Assembly: GCF_004010195.1 (NCBI RefSeq)
Contig: NC_057734.1
Coordinates: 9,655,441 to 9,719,440, forward strand
Length of the DNA: 64,000 nucleotides
Direction of reading: 5' to 3'
From: Chiloscyllium plagiosum
Lineage: Eukaryota
The notes under the pieces are model-generated. The model worked only from the letters and a program-made list of their open reading frames with translations, searched no databases and had not been told where the DNA came from. Within the stretch, counting starts at the first letter, position 1, and each line of letters opens with the position of its first letter. This document shows positions 39,320 to 51,186 of this stretch, piece by piece. The position numbers were made by a program, and so were the translations under genes.

Positions 39320-40193
39320 CTTCAGATGTTTCATGAGGAAATCATCCCAGTAGTAAGATACTAGTTTCTTTCAAATAGGAATGCCCACTCCTAAAACAGA
39401 GATTTAAAAATAATTTCTAGTGTTGTCAAGAACACATGGTCAAAGACTTCATTGTTAATTTTTTACAAGAATAGATTTTTCTCTTTTGTAATTTAACATA
39501 TTTGACACAACTACATATTTGCACTCTTATCGCATGTAGAAGTGAATTGCCTTACTAATCCTTCTGTGGCCCAAAAATTGTAATGCAGAGACCAAAGGAG
39601 AATACACTTTTAGTTCAAAACATCCGGTTTTCTATCCACACCACCTCCTACCTTAACTAATTACCAAGTTAACTATCACACCACCATTTAAGCCACATGC
39701 CACCCAGACAATGAAAATTATTAGCTGTACCCCTTGCCACTCACTTCTGAAACTGCAAACTAAAGCTCAGGTTGAAAGAGAGAACAACTGTACTTCACAT
39801 CAGGGCAGCATTCAATCAGAAACAATACTAATGAGTTCAAGCAAAATTGAAGGAGATAGACCAAAGAGGGAAAATCACCCCAAGGCTGGAGTTACACCAG
39901 ACACATGGGCAAATAACAAATCAAAAAATCTGACATCATAGTGAGGGATTCATTCTTCATTATTTGAGACTTCAGTAGAGATGTTTTATTGGCTGTAATA
40001 TAAAGTTTGGTTGCAGAGTGGAAATGTAATTATTTTCACCATTTGCCAGATGAGACTTGAATTCCTACGGGCCTGACAATTTATTATCAAAACTGCATCA
40101 TGTGTACATGCTGGCCATTACAGTACTCAAAATCTAAGCAAGGTGCATAAACTCCTCTACAATGCAAATGGATTAGATGCAGAAGCAAAGTTA

Positions 40194-40409
40194 AAAATGT
40201 GTTGCTGGAAAAGCGCAGCAGGTCAGGCAGCATCCAAGGAGCAGGAGAATCAACGTTTCGGGCATAAGCCCTTCTTCAGGAATCCTGAAGAAGGGCTTAT
40301 GCCCGAAACGTCGATTCTCCTGCTCCTTGGATGCTGCCTGACCTGCTGCACTTTTCCAGCAACACATTTTCAGCTCTGATCTCCAGCATCTGCAGTCCTC
40401 ACTTTCTCC
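40194..40409. mobile_element. Fold-back element made of two inverted Penelope-type tails, 14-bp TSD
   Basis: Near-perfect inverted arms centred ~40282; CAGAAGCAAAGTTA at 40180-40193 and 40410-40423. Confidence 0.88.
40280..40317 (+). ncRNA. Minimal type I hammerhead-ribozyme-like motif
   Basis: GAATC-CTGAAGA-A-GGGC(TTAT)GCCC-GAAA-CGTC-GATTC: intact core, 4-bp stem II, 5-bp stem I, palindromic ACGT in place of stem III. Activity is untested. Confidence 0.55.
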
Positions 40410-40510
40410 CAGAAGCAAAGTTAGGCCACTCAGCCCATTAAAAGCAGACTCAATGAGATCATGACTAATCCTCAACTTCACTTACCCCACAACTCAATTC
40501 CTTTACTAAT

Positions 40511-40675
40511 GGTAGCAAGTTGTGAGAAGATTTGGAGCTCACATTGAGGTTCTGGATGTAGGTTTGCTTGGACCACCAGTGCTTCATCCTGAGGCTCACT
40601 GATGATGTTACCTACTATGGTGACAAAACATCTGAATCCAAACCTTCCAGCTCAGCGAGCAAACCTACATCTAGA
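40511..40675. mobile_element. Short partially inverted element from the second Penelope family tail, 12-bp TSD with 1 mismatch
   Basis: Shares sequence with 24708-24830; TCCTTTACTAAT (40499-40510) versus TCCTTTACCAAT (40676-40687); CTGATGA-T-GTTACC/GGTGAC-AAAACATC at 40599. Confidence 0.7.
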
Positions 40676-41163
40676 TCCTTTACCAATTTTAAAAAAAAGT
40701 CAGTCTTGAATATGCTTCACAAGTCAGCCTCAAAAGCCCTCAGCAGTAAAGAATGTCACAATCCTCAAGAAATTCCTCCTCAGGTCTCTCCTAACTAGGC
40801 AACCCCTTACCCATTTCGTTCTAAACTCTCCCACAAGGAGAAACAATCTTTCCATATCTACCCTGTCAAGTCACTTAAGAATTCTGCATGTTTCAATATG
40901 GTCACCTCAAATTCCAATGGGTACAGGTCCAACCCTACACAGTCTTGTTTTGAGACTCATTACAGTGCACAAACCAGCTGTCCTTATTCTGACATCATGC
41001 CAGCAAATCCACTTCAGAAAGAGTTATGGAGTACTTCCGGATATCCCAATATTGTGAAAGGCACTACATAAACCGAAGTTCTTTCACTTGATAAACCATT
41101 ACTTACAACTGGCACATTACAGATACACACATCAGTTGAGTCAAGGCAAGCTGTATCACCAAT

Positions 41164-41291
41164 GTTAAAAATCACAACACCAGGTTATAGTCCAACAGAT
41201 TTAATTGGAAGCACTCCTGTTGAACTATAACCTGGCGTTGTGTGATTTTTAACTTTGTACACACCAGTCCTACACCGGTATCTCCAAATCA
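41164..41291. mobile_element. Short fold-back element of a third family, 12-bp TSD
   Basis: GTTAAAAATCAC-AACACCAGGTTATAGTCCAACAG is inverted as CTGTTGAACTATAACCTGGCGTTGTGTGATTTTTAAC; TGTATCACCAAT at 41152-41163 and 41292-41303. Confidence 0.75.
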
Positions 41292-41929
41292 TGTATCACC
41301 AATAGCCATCACATGATCTATAGTCTGGAATTCTTATAAACTGGGGGACTGGATTTACCCAATACATTAGTAAACAATAAATTCTTTGGATTTAGGGTTA
41401 CCACTCTGGTTACATGCAGTCCTGGGGATTTGACCCACTCAAAATGATTTTTTCTCTCTATCTCAGGACATGTGACAATAACAAAATCACATCAGGACCT
41501 GCTACCACCCCTAGCCAGACAGCCTTATTTCCTACTCCATCACTAATACTTTAAGTTTATAGTGTTTAAAAGAGCATTTTGAAAAGGCCACGGTTCCTGT
41601 TTTCTCTATTAGCAGTGGTTACAATAACAGGCAGAACCCGGGGGTAGGGGGGAATGACAGAGCAATCCAGGAGGGTTAGCAACACAGATTCCTGATTAAA
41701 TTGGTGCGAGTCAATGACTCTGCTCAATATTAGTACAAGTCACACAATGCAAACTAAATCAAAAATAAAAACATATCACCATTCTGCACCCTGACTCAAT
41801 CCTTAAATAATACAGCTACATAAAGACGGAGTTATACCATAAAGTGAATACTTTCCGCTTTCACACAAAGGAGAACATCGCTCAATAGAAGTCACATTGA
41901 TTGTTTCAAAGTCAGAATTTGTTTTTTGT

Positions 41930-42310
41930 TTGAAAACCCGCAGCTAATCGATATACGCCAGAGGTATTTGGAAGGAAACCCTGTGTCGGGCCGCAATCCT
42001 AACGGATTTAACCGTCTGTCTCTCCCCTCGCCTTGCTACTTCCGCCATCTTGAGTGTGGCGCCTCCACTGGGCTTTTCACGGCGTCCCCCAACGTCCGCC
42101 ATCTTGAGTGTGGCGCCACCGCCGAACTTTTCACGGCATCCCCCAAAGTCCGCCATCTTGAGTGTGGCGCCTCTGCAAAGCTTTCACACCGTGCCTGTCA
42201 AGGTCCGCCATCTTGAGAGTGGCGCGATCACGTGATGTTAGCCTGAGGGGGCCCCCAGTGGTTCATGTGGGAAGGTGGATCTAAATTGAAGGGAAAGGGA
42301 GGGTGAGTGG
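41930..42310. promoter_or_regulatory. CpG-rich putative bidirectional promoter between DGCR6 and HPS4
   Basis: Local CpG enrichment between divergent genes; four CCGCCATCTT (YY1-type) motifs; ACTTCCG (ETS) overlapping the first; palindrome ATCACGTGAT at 42227-42236; candidate HPS4 non-coding exon donor GTGAGT at 42303. Confidence 0.7.
42041..42225. repeat. Tandem repeat, ~54-bp unit, about 3.4 copies, conserved core TCCGCCATCTTGAGTGTGGCGC
   Basis: Core starts at 42041, 42095, 42149 and 42204 (spacing 54, 54, 55). Confidence 0.9.
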
Positions 42311-44077
42311 GAATGACCTGGAGATGAAGAAAGTTTATTTTTTCAGAGACCGCTGGCCGTGAAAGGGAGTTTTGATATAGGGTTGGCTGATTGCAGTTAT
42401 TATTAATGAACCTACTCAGATATGTTATTGCATAACTACTATTGCATCACAAGAATCCATTGGTTGAGGTGAATTTTTGCTCTAAAGGGTATAATTGTAA
42501 AGGCAATGACTGGGGTTATATATAGGCACAAGTGTAGGCCATTCAGCCCTTTGATCCTGCCCCTCCATTCAATATGATGACGGCTGGACAAACACTTCAA
42601 TCCCTTTAAACCCATTCCATAATTCTGAATGTCACTAGTAATCAGAAATCTGTCAACGTCCACCTTAAACATCCTCAAAACACTGAGCTTCCACAGTCTT
42701 GTGTACTACCAAATTCCAAAGGTTCACAACTCTCTGAGTAAAATTATTTTGCCCCATCTAGGTCCTTAGTGGAATCTCCCTTATTTTTAAATTCTGCTCC
42801 CTGGTTCTACGCTCTCGAACTACTGCACAACTCATTGTAAGTGACAGGACAGGTTGAGAAGGTGTTTCATAATCCATACGGTGTGACCTGTGCTTTCTCA
42901 ATAGAGGCATTGAAAAGCAACGGAGTTAGGTTAAAATTGTAGAAAATACGGCGCTCGGCTGGAGTATTATGTCCATGTCTGGACACCATACTTTAGGAAA
43001 GATATAAAGACAGTGAGAGTGCAGCAAATGTTCCTTAAGTTCCAGGGGTAAGGACCTTCAGTCACATAGATTGGAAAAGTTGGGACTTTCTTTTAGAGAA
43101 GGTTCAAGGGAGATTTAATAAAGCTACTCAAAGACATGAGCGTTTGGCAGTTTAGTTAGGGACAAAATCCCACTGATGGTAGGATTAAGGACAAGAGGGC
43201 ACAATCTGGAATGTGCTGCATGGTGGAAGCTGGCTCAATCGATATTCAAGTGGGAATTAGATTATTATCTGAAAAGAATGCAGCACTTTGGAGAAAGTTC
43301 CTCAGATGTGATGATTTGATGGCTTCCTGTGCTGAAACCATTCTATGGTGCTGAAACAGTAGGCTGGATGGATGAGGGCCGAGCATCAAGTTTAAGCTGC
43401 AATTTGTTTTACTGAGCAAGTGCAAATCCCCAGAAGCAAAGCAATCCCTTCCACATTTGTAGGGTTTAAGGTGATTAGTCCACTTTGTTTCTGGAGGGAA
43501 CATTTCTCACGAATGAGCAGGATTGCTTGCTTCTGTTGTAAGTGCAACCTTTACCTGGAGGTTGGCTACTCTCCATTCCCGAGGCTTCTGATGAAGGGCT
43601 TTGGCCCAAAACGTCAATTTTCCTATATCTTGGATGCTGCCAGACCTGCTGTCCTTTTCCAGGACTACTCTAACCTTGACTCTAGTCTCCAGCATCTGCA
43701 GTACCCACTTTCACCATGTCAGGGCCCTTGTTTGCCCTAACCTTGTTTAGTAAGAATCACACTGATTGTGACTGGGGCTGAATAGCCTACTGTTGTTTTA
43801 TGTGAGTTGGAGCATAGCAGCGGTTGAGGGTGCTGTCCAATGCAAGCTGTTCTGTTGCACCTGATTTATTCTACCATTTGTAAATCTTTCCAGTCTGGTA
43901 GGAACAGGAGTAGACCATTCAGACTATTGAGTCTTTTTAAATGCATTTTGATTTTTATTTACTATTCCTGTTCCGTTTTTTTGGACACCATTTGTAGCAG
44001 GAGACCTAGGTTCAGGTTCTACCTGTACCAGAGATGTGTAATAACATCTCTGAACAGGATGGTAAGAAAATGTCTTT

Positions 44078-44362
44078 GGTGGCACAGTGGCTCAGCACTG
44101 CTGCCTCAAAGCGCCAGGCTCCCAGGTTTGATTCTCAGCCTTGGGTGACTGTCTGTGTGGAGTTTGCACATTATCCCTGAATCTGTGTGGGTTTCCTCTG
44201 GGTGCTCTGGTTTCCTAACACAGTCCAAAGATGTGCAGGTCATGTGAATTGGCCATGCTAAATTGTCCATAGTGTTAAGTGCATTAATCAAGGGCGGGGT
44301 TACTCTTCAGAGGGTCGGTGTGGACTCGTTGGGCCGAAGGGCATGTTTCCACACTGTAGAGA
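44078..44362 (+). mobile_element. tRNA-derived V-SINE (HE1-like)
   Basis: A/B-box-like head, V-domain TGTGTGGAGTTTGCACATT...GGGTTTCCTC, CR1-like tail TGTTTCCACACTGTAG. Confidence 0.8.
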
Positions 44363-45314
44363 AACTAATCTAAGGAGTATCTTTAAGGGAATAGAACTGG
44401 AAGAGCTTTTCTGGTGACATCCCAAAAATGCATCACCACGCACATTTCTGGATTAAACTCCATTTGCCAGTAAGATCACGGCTGATCAGTTTGTGTTCCA
44501 ACTTTCACATCTATCTATCCTTGGAAACTCCCAACAATTTGACTAGCAAATAAAAGTGCCCCCATACATTGAAATTCCCAGAAAATACTTAGGCCAAGAA
44601 GACAAGGAGAGAAGCTGTAATAAATTCGCCTTTAAAGGGACTAGAGAAGGCAACATCAGATGAAAAATTCTCGGGTTGATTTTATTTCCTTTTCTGGAGT
44701 TTACAGTAAATGATAAGTGTATTTTATTTGAAAAGTTTGAAATGATTACAGACACTGGCCGAAGTGGGGAACAGCTGTCTTTTATTCAAAAATATACTTG
44801 ATTCATAAATAGAAAATAGATATATCCATACAAAGACATGAGAGCAGTTCGGTTCTGTACAGTAGGAGATGAAGAAAACAAATAAATGCTGAGGTTTGAT
44901 GGAGGAACAGCGCTTTTGGAAACATCTCTGTTCACCAGTTCGAAAATCCACCTTATCTCCTTCCTCTCTGTTACTGGGAGGTCGGGTAAAAACCAACTCA
45001 TGGTTACTATAGAGCTACCAAAACTGGTTAGGGAACAACCCTCTGGAAGGTGTGGCTGGTCTCGAAGGGAGGGAGTAGACGACTGCATAGATTAAAATAA
45101 GCTTTGCAACGCAAAACAGCGAGCGACGCCGAACAGGAAGAAGAGTTCAGATATCCGTGAGGAGGTCTTTTCTTGTTGTTCCATTAGTCGGGAGTTGTGA
45201 TGCATTCTGTAAGGAGATGAGTGTCTGGCCACTCGGACAGAGCCTTTTTCTTTGTCCTGAAATTTCCATGGAATCCGACCGTCTTTAAAACTTGCATGAA
45301 GCCCTTGGTCGTAA

Positions 45315-45355
45315 ATGGCCACCGCGACTGATACAGAACAGAAAGCCACAACATG
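45315..45355 (+). CDS. HPS4: HPS4 (BLOC-3 subunit) first coding exon (41 nt)
   Basis: ATG GCC ACC GCG ACT GAT ACA GAA CAG AAA GCC ACA ACA TG|GTAAGC = MATATDTEQKATTW, similar to recalled human MATSTSTEAKSASW; phase 2 fits the next exon. Confidence 0.8.
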
Positions 45356-47644
45356 GTAAGCAATGGTTTAGGCAGAAAGTATTTGGATTCGCATGTATTA
45401 AAGTCATTCATTGTGCTTTCTGCTCTGGCGTTCCACTGTAGCCTGTTAGTCCTGCAGTCAGCTGCTTGCTGCCAGTCCATCTGACTCCCAGCTATTGCCA
45501 TGTCTCATAGATTCGCTACAATGCTTTATACTGTAAAGGGTTCGACCTGGTTTAATTCTGTAAAGTATCCAGCAACTACGTGTTTACATCGCACATTTAA
45601 CATGACGCTGCCCCAAGAAGCTTCAACAAAAAAAAATGCATGTTCAGAATATTGCTATTGACTTGTGCTGTGAACTTGGTTTGTAAGTGGCATCTTAAAA
45701 CAAAGGAAAGAGAGATGGTGAGGTTCAGCGAGGGAGTTCAGCAGCTTAGGACCCTGCTGGATGAAGACCAATTCTTTCTACTTTTAAAGGGTAACCACTG
45801 TTGAGAAAGTGGTGTATGATAAAAATACAGACAAAATAAAGAGGGAAGGGCACTTTATCATCAATGTAACCACACTGTGTAAGAGGATGCCATGACTTGA
45901 AGTACCTTGAGGTGTTGTAATTGAACTTGTAACTGAATGATGCTCTTGAGAAATATATTTCAGTAAGGTGCCACCATGCTGTTTGGATTTGAAGTTTTTA
46001 TGCATTGTATATTCATTTGAGGGTTTTACTCTCAGCATTTTACTTTAAAAAACAGCTTATTCCCTGCTGTTGTCAGACTTTTGAACAACCCTCTCCTATA
46101 TTAGAGTTGATCTTTCTTTGCATCTTCACTGTAGCTGTAACGCTACATATTCTGCATTCTTATTTTATCGCCCTGATGTACTTGTGTAACGTATGATTCT
46201 CATAATAATAATATCAAATAATAGAAGATACCTGAGCTCAGGTTTCCCATTAAATCTCACTCTTTTTTTTAAAGCCCTCCATTTTGAACAAACTTTCACT
46301 TGCTTTTGTTATCTGTTTCTTTGGTCCAGTCTCTACTACTTTCATGCATAAACGCCTGTAATTGGTGTTTTGACCGTGTTTGTGACTGAATGATATGTAT
46401 GAATGCAATACCATAGTTGCTACCATGGATAGGTTAAAAAATGTTTGTAACTATCGTAAGTTAAAATCATGCCTATATTGTGCACACATGCATAATGGCA
46501 CATGTTTGATGTGCTGTTACTAACACTGGGTGGGCTGGTTGCTTGCTAAGAGTTTATTTTGATCCTGGTGTTTTTAAAAAATTAGCTACCATAGCCGCCT
46601 TATGATTTGAGTGAAACTGAAGTGTAATACCCTTTTATAATAAAACAAATCAAGACTTTTTAAATAATAAGAATTGTCATATTAAGGAAAAGCAGCTTAC
46701 TATAGATGCTGAAAATGTGAAGTATGAACAAAAGATTGGAAATAAACAGCAAGCTAGGCAGGATTTGCTGTAGAGAGAAACAGAATCATACAGCATGGAA
46801 ACAGACTCTTTGGTCTAACTAATGCCTGATGAAGGGTTTATGCCCAAAATATCGATTCTCCTGCTCCTCAGATTCTGCCTGACTTGATGTGCTTTTCCAG
46901 TACCACACTCTCAACCCCCAACTTATGCATGTCAAGTTTCCCAAACTAAACTAATCTCATTTGCCTGCATTTGGCCCATATTCCTATAAACGTTTCCTAT
47001 TCAAGTACCTGTCCCAATGTCTTTTAAATGTTGTAACTGTCCCTGCATCTACCACTTCCTGTGGCAGTTCATTCCACACATGAACCACCCTCTTTGAGAA
47101 AAAATTGCCCCACCAATCCCTTTTTAAATCTTTCTCTCTCACCTTAAAATTATGTTTCTAGTTTTGAATTCCCCAAACCCAGGAACATCAATATTTCGGG
47201 TTGGAGCCCTTCATCATTTCCTGATGAAGGGCTCCAGCCTCAAATGTCGATTTTTCCTGCTCCTCCGATGCTGCCTGACCTGCTGTGTTTTTCCAGCAAC
47301 ACAGTCAACTCTCATCTCCAGCATCTGCAGACCTCACTGCCTCCTTCTTTATTAATCTGTCTACCTGTGAAACAACTTGCAATAAATAATGTTCTTGAAA
47401 CCCCTAGGTCTCTCTGTTCTACAACACTCCCCAGGACCTGACCATTAACTGTGTAAGTCCTGTCCTTATTTGCCTTTCCAAAATACAACACCTCACGTTT
47501 ATCTAAATTAAACTCCATCTGCCACTCCTTGGCCCAATTGATCAAGATCCCTTTGTAATCTTTGATAACATTAAATAGGTAACATTTCATATGAATTACA
47601 TCCCTTCAACTAGTTCCACAGGTGCTGATTAATATTTTAAGAAA

Positions 47645-48130
47645 GAAAGATGTGCATTTATCTAGAGGGTTTTGTTACATTAATATATTTAAATTGATTT
47701 GCTGCCAATGACATGCTTTGGAAGAATTGTCGCTGCTGTAATATGAGAAAAGCAGAAGTCATTTTGCACTCAGCATGCCCCAAAAAAATGTAATGAGATA
47801 ACGATCAGACAACCTGTTTTTAGTTATATTAGTTAAAGGATAAATGTTGGTCTGAATTGAATTGAATTTCAATTTATTGTCATGTGTACCGAGGCACAGT
47901 GAGAAGCGTTGTCTTGTGAGCTATACAGGCAGATCACAGAGTTAAGTAGCGTAGATAAGTAAATAATAGGTAAACAGCGGTAAAAAACAAAACACAACCT
48001 AGAGAACTCCTTGGCTATTTTAAAATAATGGTTAGGGATTCTTTGCATCCATCTAAGAGGGGCCTCGGTTTAATGCCACATTACAGAGATGGAATTACCA
48101 ACAATGCAGCAGTCCCTCTGCACTGAACAA
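47645..48130 (-). mobile_element. Old Deu-domain SINE (SacSINE1/AmnSINE-like) remnant, interrupted at ~47855-47995; similar remnant at ~38660-38930
   Basis: GGCCTCGGTTTAATG...AATGCAGCAGTCCCTC and GGATAAATGTTGG motifs recalled from Deu-SINE consensus sequences. Confidence 0.5.
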
Positions 48131-48791
48131 ATATATTATTTTGGATTAGAAACTGCTGCAGCTTGATTGTCCCAAACCATTAGTTGATGAAAAAGTAACT
48201 GGATGCAGAATTAGAAATAGCTGCTTATTTGCTTTATTTAAAAAAAAAGTCATGGGATCTAGACATCAATGGCTAATAAGCATTTATGTATTATCTATCC
48301 CTATTTGTTCTTGAGAAAGCAGTAAGTGGTGAGTTAACTCCTGGAGTTGCTGTAATGTGTGTGGTGAAGATCTTCCCACTGTGCACTTAGAAACATAGTT
48401 CTAGGGTTTTAACCCAGTGAAGTCAAAAGATTGACAATAGATTTCTTAGCTTCCATTTTCTCTTTCTGTCTCTTTCAACTTGAATTTTTTTCTAAAATCA
48501 GACAGACAAGAATCTTTCACCATGACACAGAGAATGCTATTTAAATCTACTCAAGAACTCTTTCATGAGTATTGAGGAAGATTCGTAAATAATGGGTACT
48601 GTTTGTCTATTTAATGTTTGTCTACTTAATGTTTAACTGGTCGACTCTCATTGCAGCCTAGTTGTGTTAGGACTATTATTAAGTGTTGGAATGTTTGATT
48701 AAAGGGGACTAAAAGAGGAAAGGCAAGTTAGTTCTCTTTCTTTTACCTTCTTATATTCTCTTTACTTGTACATTAAACATACGTTGGTCTG

Positions 48792-49304
48792 TTTGGCACC
48801 AAATGTTTCACAATCCATATCATTCACCTTGCAGAGTAGATATGATATATGGCAGTCTTTCGAGTATCATCTGGGATGAATTAATCTGTGAATAAATAGG
48901 AGTTTGTGCATGCAGAATTGTCTGAAAGCAGGGTGAGAATTTTCATTCTCTGCCCATTACAGATTCGAAGTTAAAGGTCTGTCAGGCAGACCCTGTGTTT
49001 AATCTATTCATGTCTGAATGGATGCTTCCAGTTCTACAATAGTACCCTGCCTACAACACTGACTCACATTTACATAGCACCTTTAACTTTATACAGTACC
49101 CCAAGACACTTCACAACAGAATTATGAAACAAAATTTGACACTAAAATGTCAAGGAGTTAGAAGAACAAGTGACCAGATGTGTGCAAAGATCAAAGTGTT
49201 AAGATTTAATGTGTGCGGTGAGGTTTAGTGAAGGAATTTCAGACTTCATACCTAGGCAGCTGAATGCATGGCTGCTAAATGTAGAGTGATCAAAATTGAA
49301 AATG
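48792..49304 (+). repeat. 513-bp direct duplication, copy 1
   Basis: Matches 51187-51699 (offset 2395) with only a handful of substitutions. Confidence 0.95.
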
Positions 49305-51186
49305 TTTTTAAAAGATCAGAATTGGAGGAGCGACATTATCTCAAATAGTTGTAAAGCTAGAGGGTGTTCTGAAAATGGGGAGAGGCCCTGGCAGGATTTG
49401 AAAACAGATGAGAATTTTAAAATATAGGCGGCAAAGGAAAAGATTGGTATTCTCTGCTACTGTAGGTATTTAACATTGCCTTGTTTACATTACAACAGTC
49501 AAAGCCAAGATCACCACTGAAGGGAGCTCTATAATATCAATGTCACACATTTTACCCTTCTCATCCTTTCTCACCTCATGTCCCAGAAATTTACTTGTCA
49601 CAATACTTTATATTATTCATGAACTCCCTTCTTTCTATTAAAACAGTATAAAAATTTAAGTTTTCCAGTTGATCCTAGACCCTTTAAGAAACGTCTAAAT
49701 CTTTGACATGTGGAATTTCTCTTCTCCTCGTCCTTTTCTGGGTATAACTTTACATTCATTGTTGAAGTTTAACAAGTTGGTTGTTTCTGCATGGCTATTC
49801 TGAAATGGTTAAGTCGTTCAATGTTACACTGTGGAGAGTATTTTAATGATTCTGCAAGATAGCCTGTGCAATTAATACTTAATTCTATGTTGGTATACAA
49901 TGATCTTACTAAATTAGACTGAATTACTCTGAATTGAGACCAAACTGGAGTGCTCAAATCATCAATCGTAAGAAGGTTTTTTTTTCTTTAAATTCTTTGA
50001 GTTTCTTTCCTATTTCACAACATGATAAGTCATGATTAGTAAGTTTGCTGTTTTTGGTACATGAATGGAGACAGCAATTATTAGAAATTTATTTGACTGA
50101 GGAGAGCATGGCAGATTAACCTGATCATATCATCTCAATCTCAGACATAAGCACGAGCTCAGTAGGAGCACAGAGTTGTGATCAAGATAGGGACCTTAAA
50201 CTAAGTTTTGATGGAACATTAGGTCAGCAATGTTCAGGCTAGTTATAGTAAACTCCTCATTGCTATTGCTGTGATAACTTTTTTCACATACTTGTCATGG
50301 TGCCACAGTTGCTAGTTTTTAGCATTTAGTAACAATATCAAAGCGCACTTGTCAGAGTCAAACAAGAAAAGGAATTACAACAAACGTATGGCTGTATTTA
50401 TGTGGCTAACAATGCTGTTAGGTGGAACAGCACGCATTCAGACGCAAAATTAAGAAATCCCTAGCTTTCACATGCTTGTCAATCGCTGACTATCATTCTG
50501 ACAACTGCTGTTGCACTTTTATTTAAAATCAGGGCGCTACGTGTGTTCATGCTATCAGTAATTTCTCTTCTGGAATGCAATATGAAAGCCGATGAAATAT
50601 GGACACAAATTGGCACATTTTATTAGTGCATCTATCTCAATATTTAGTCATTAAATGTGCTTCCATTTTTTATGAAGGAGGTGTGCAAACTGAAATGAAA
50701 CTTATGTTTGCATTTATTTCAAAATGTGATTTTACTATTGACCATCACACACTAAATTAACTTAAATCTACAGATCCTCCCTCTCATTTTCATTTTTTTA
50801 ACATGTTTTATCCGCTTACAATAATTAGGTTTAATCATTAATTTGCTGCATTGCATTACTGTGTAACGTGTATGTTCAAGCCCCCTTACTGAAAAACACA
50901 GCGATGTAGTTTTTGTTTGAAAGCTATGCAGACAGATCATGACTCCAAAACGTTCTTCCTGTTAATTATTGTTGCACCTACACCTGCAGATGGATCATGA
51001 TGGCCATTTTTAATGGCAGTATCCTGTCTCCTACATTGGCAGTACATGTTCCCAAAATGTATAGTTCAGAAACAGGCAGTGCTGGTGTTAATGCACCACC
51101 TGAGCCATTTGCCATCCATTAACAAATCCTTTAATTTCTTCTTTCCCTCTTGCCTCTTCTTCTACTCCAGGAAAATGAGACTGACC

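Noticed and set aside
40194-40409. miRNA precursor or DNA-transposon MITE reading of the hairpins
   Set aside because: Arms match Penelope tails in this window, ends are asymmetric and TSDs are 12-15 bp, unlike typical cut-and-paste MITEs; no small-RNA evidence is available.
42041-42225. Repeat-spacer pattern resembling a CRISPR array; 96-aa ORF 41926..42216
   Set aside because: Spacers are homologous to each other, the context is vertebrate and there are no cas genes. It is a minisatellite and the ORF follows from the 54-bp period.
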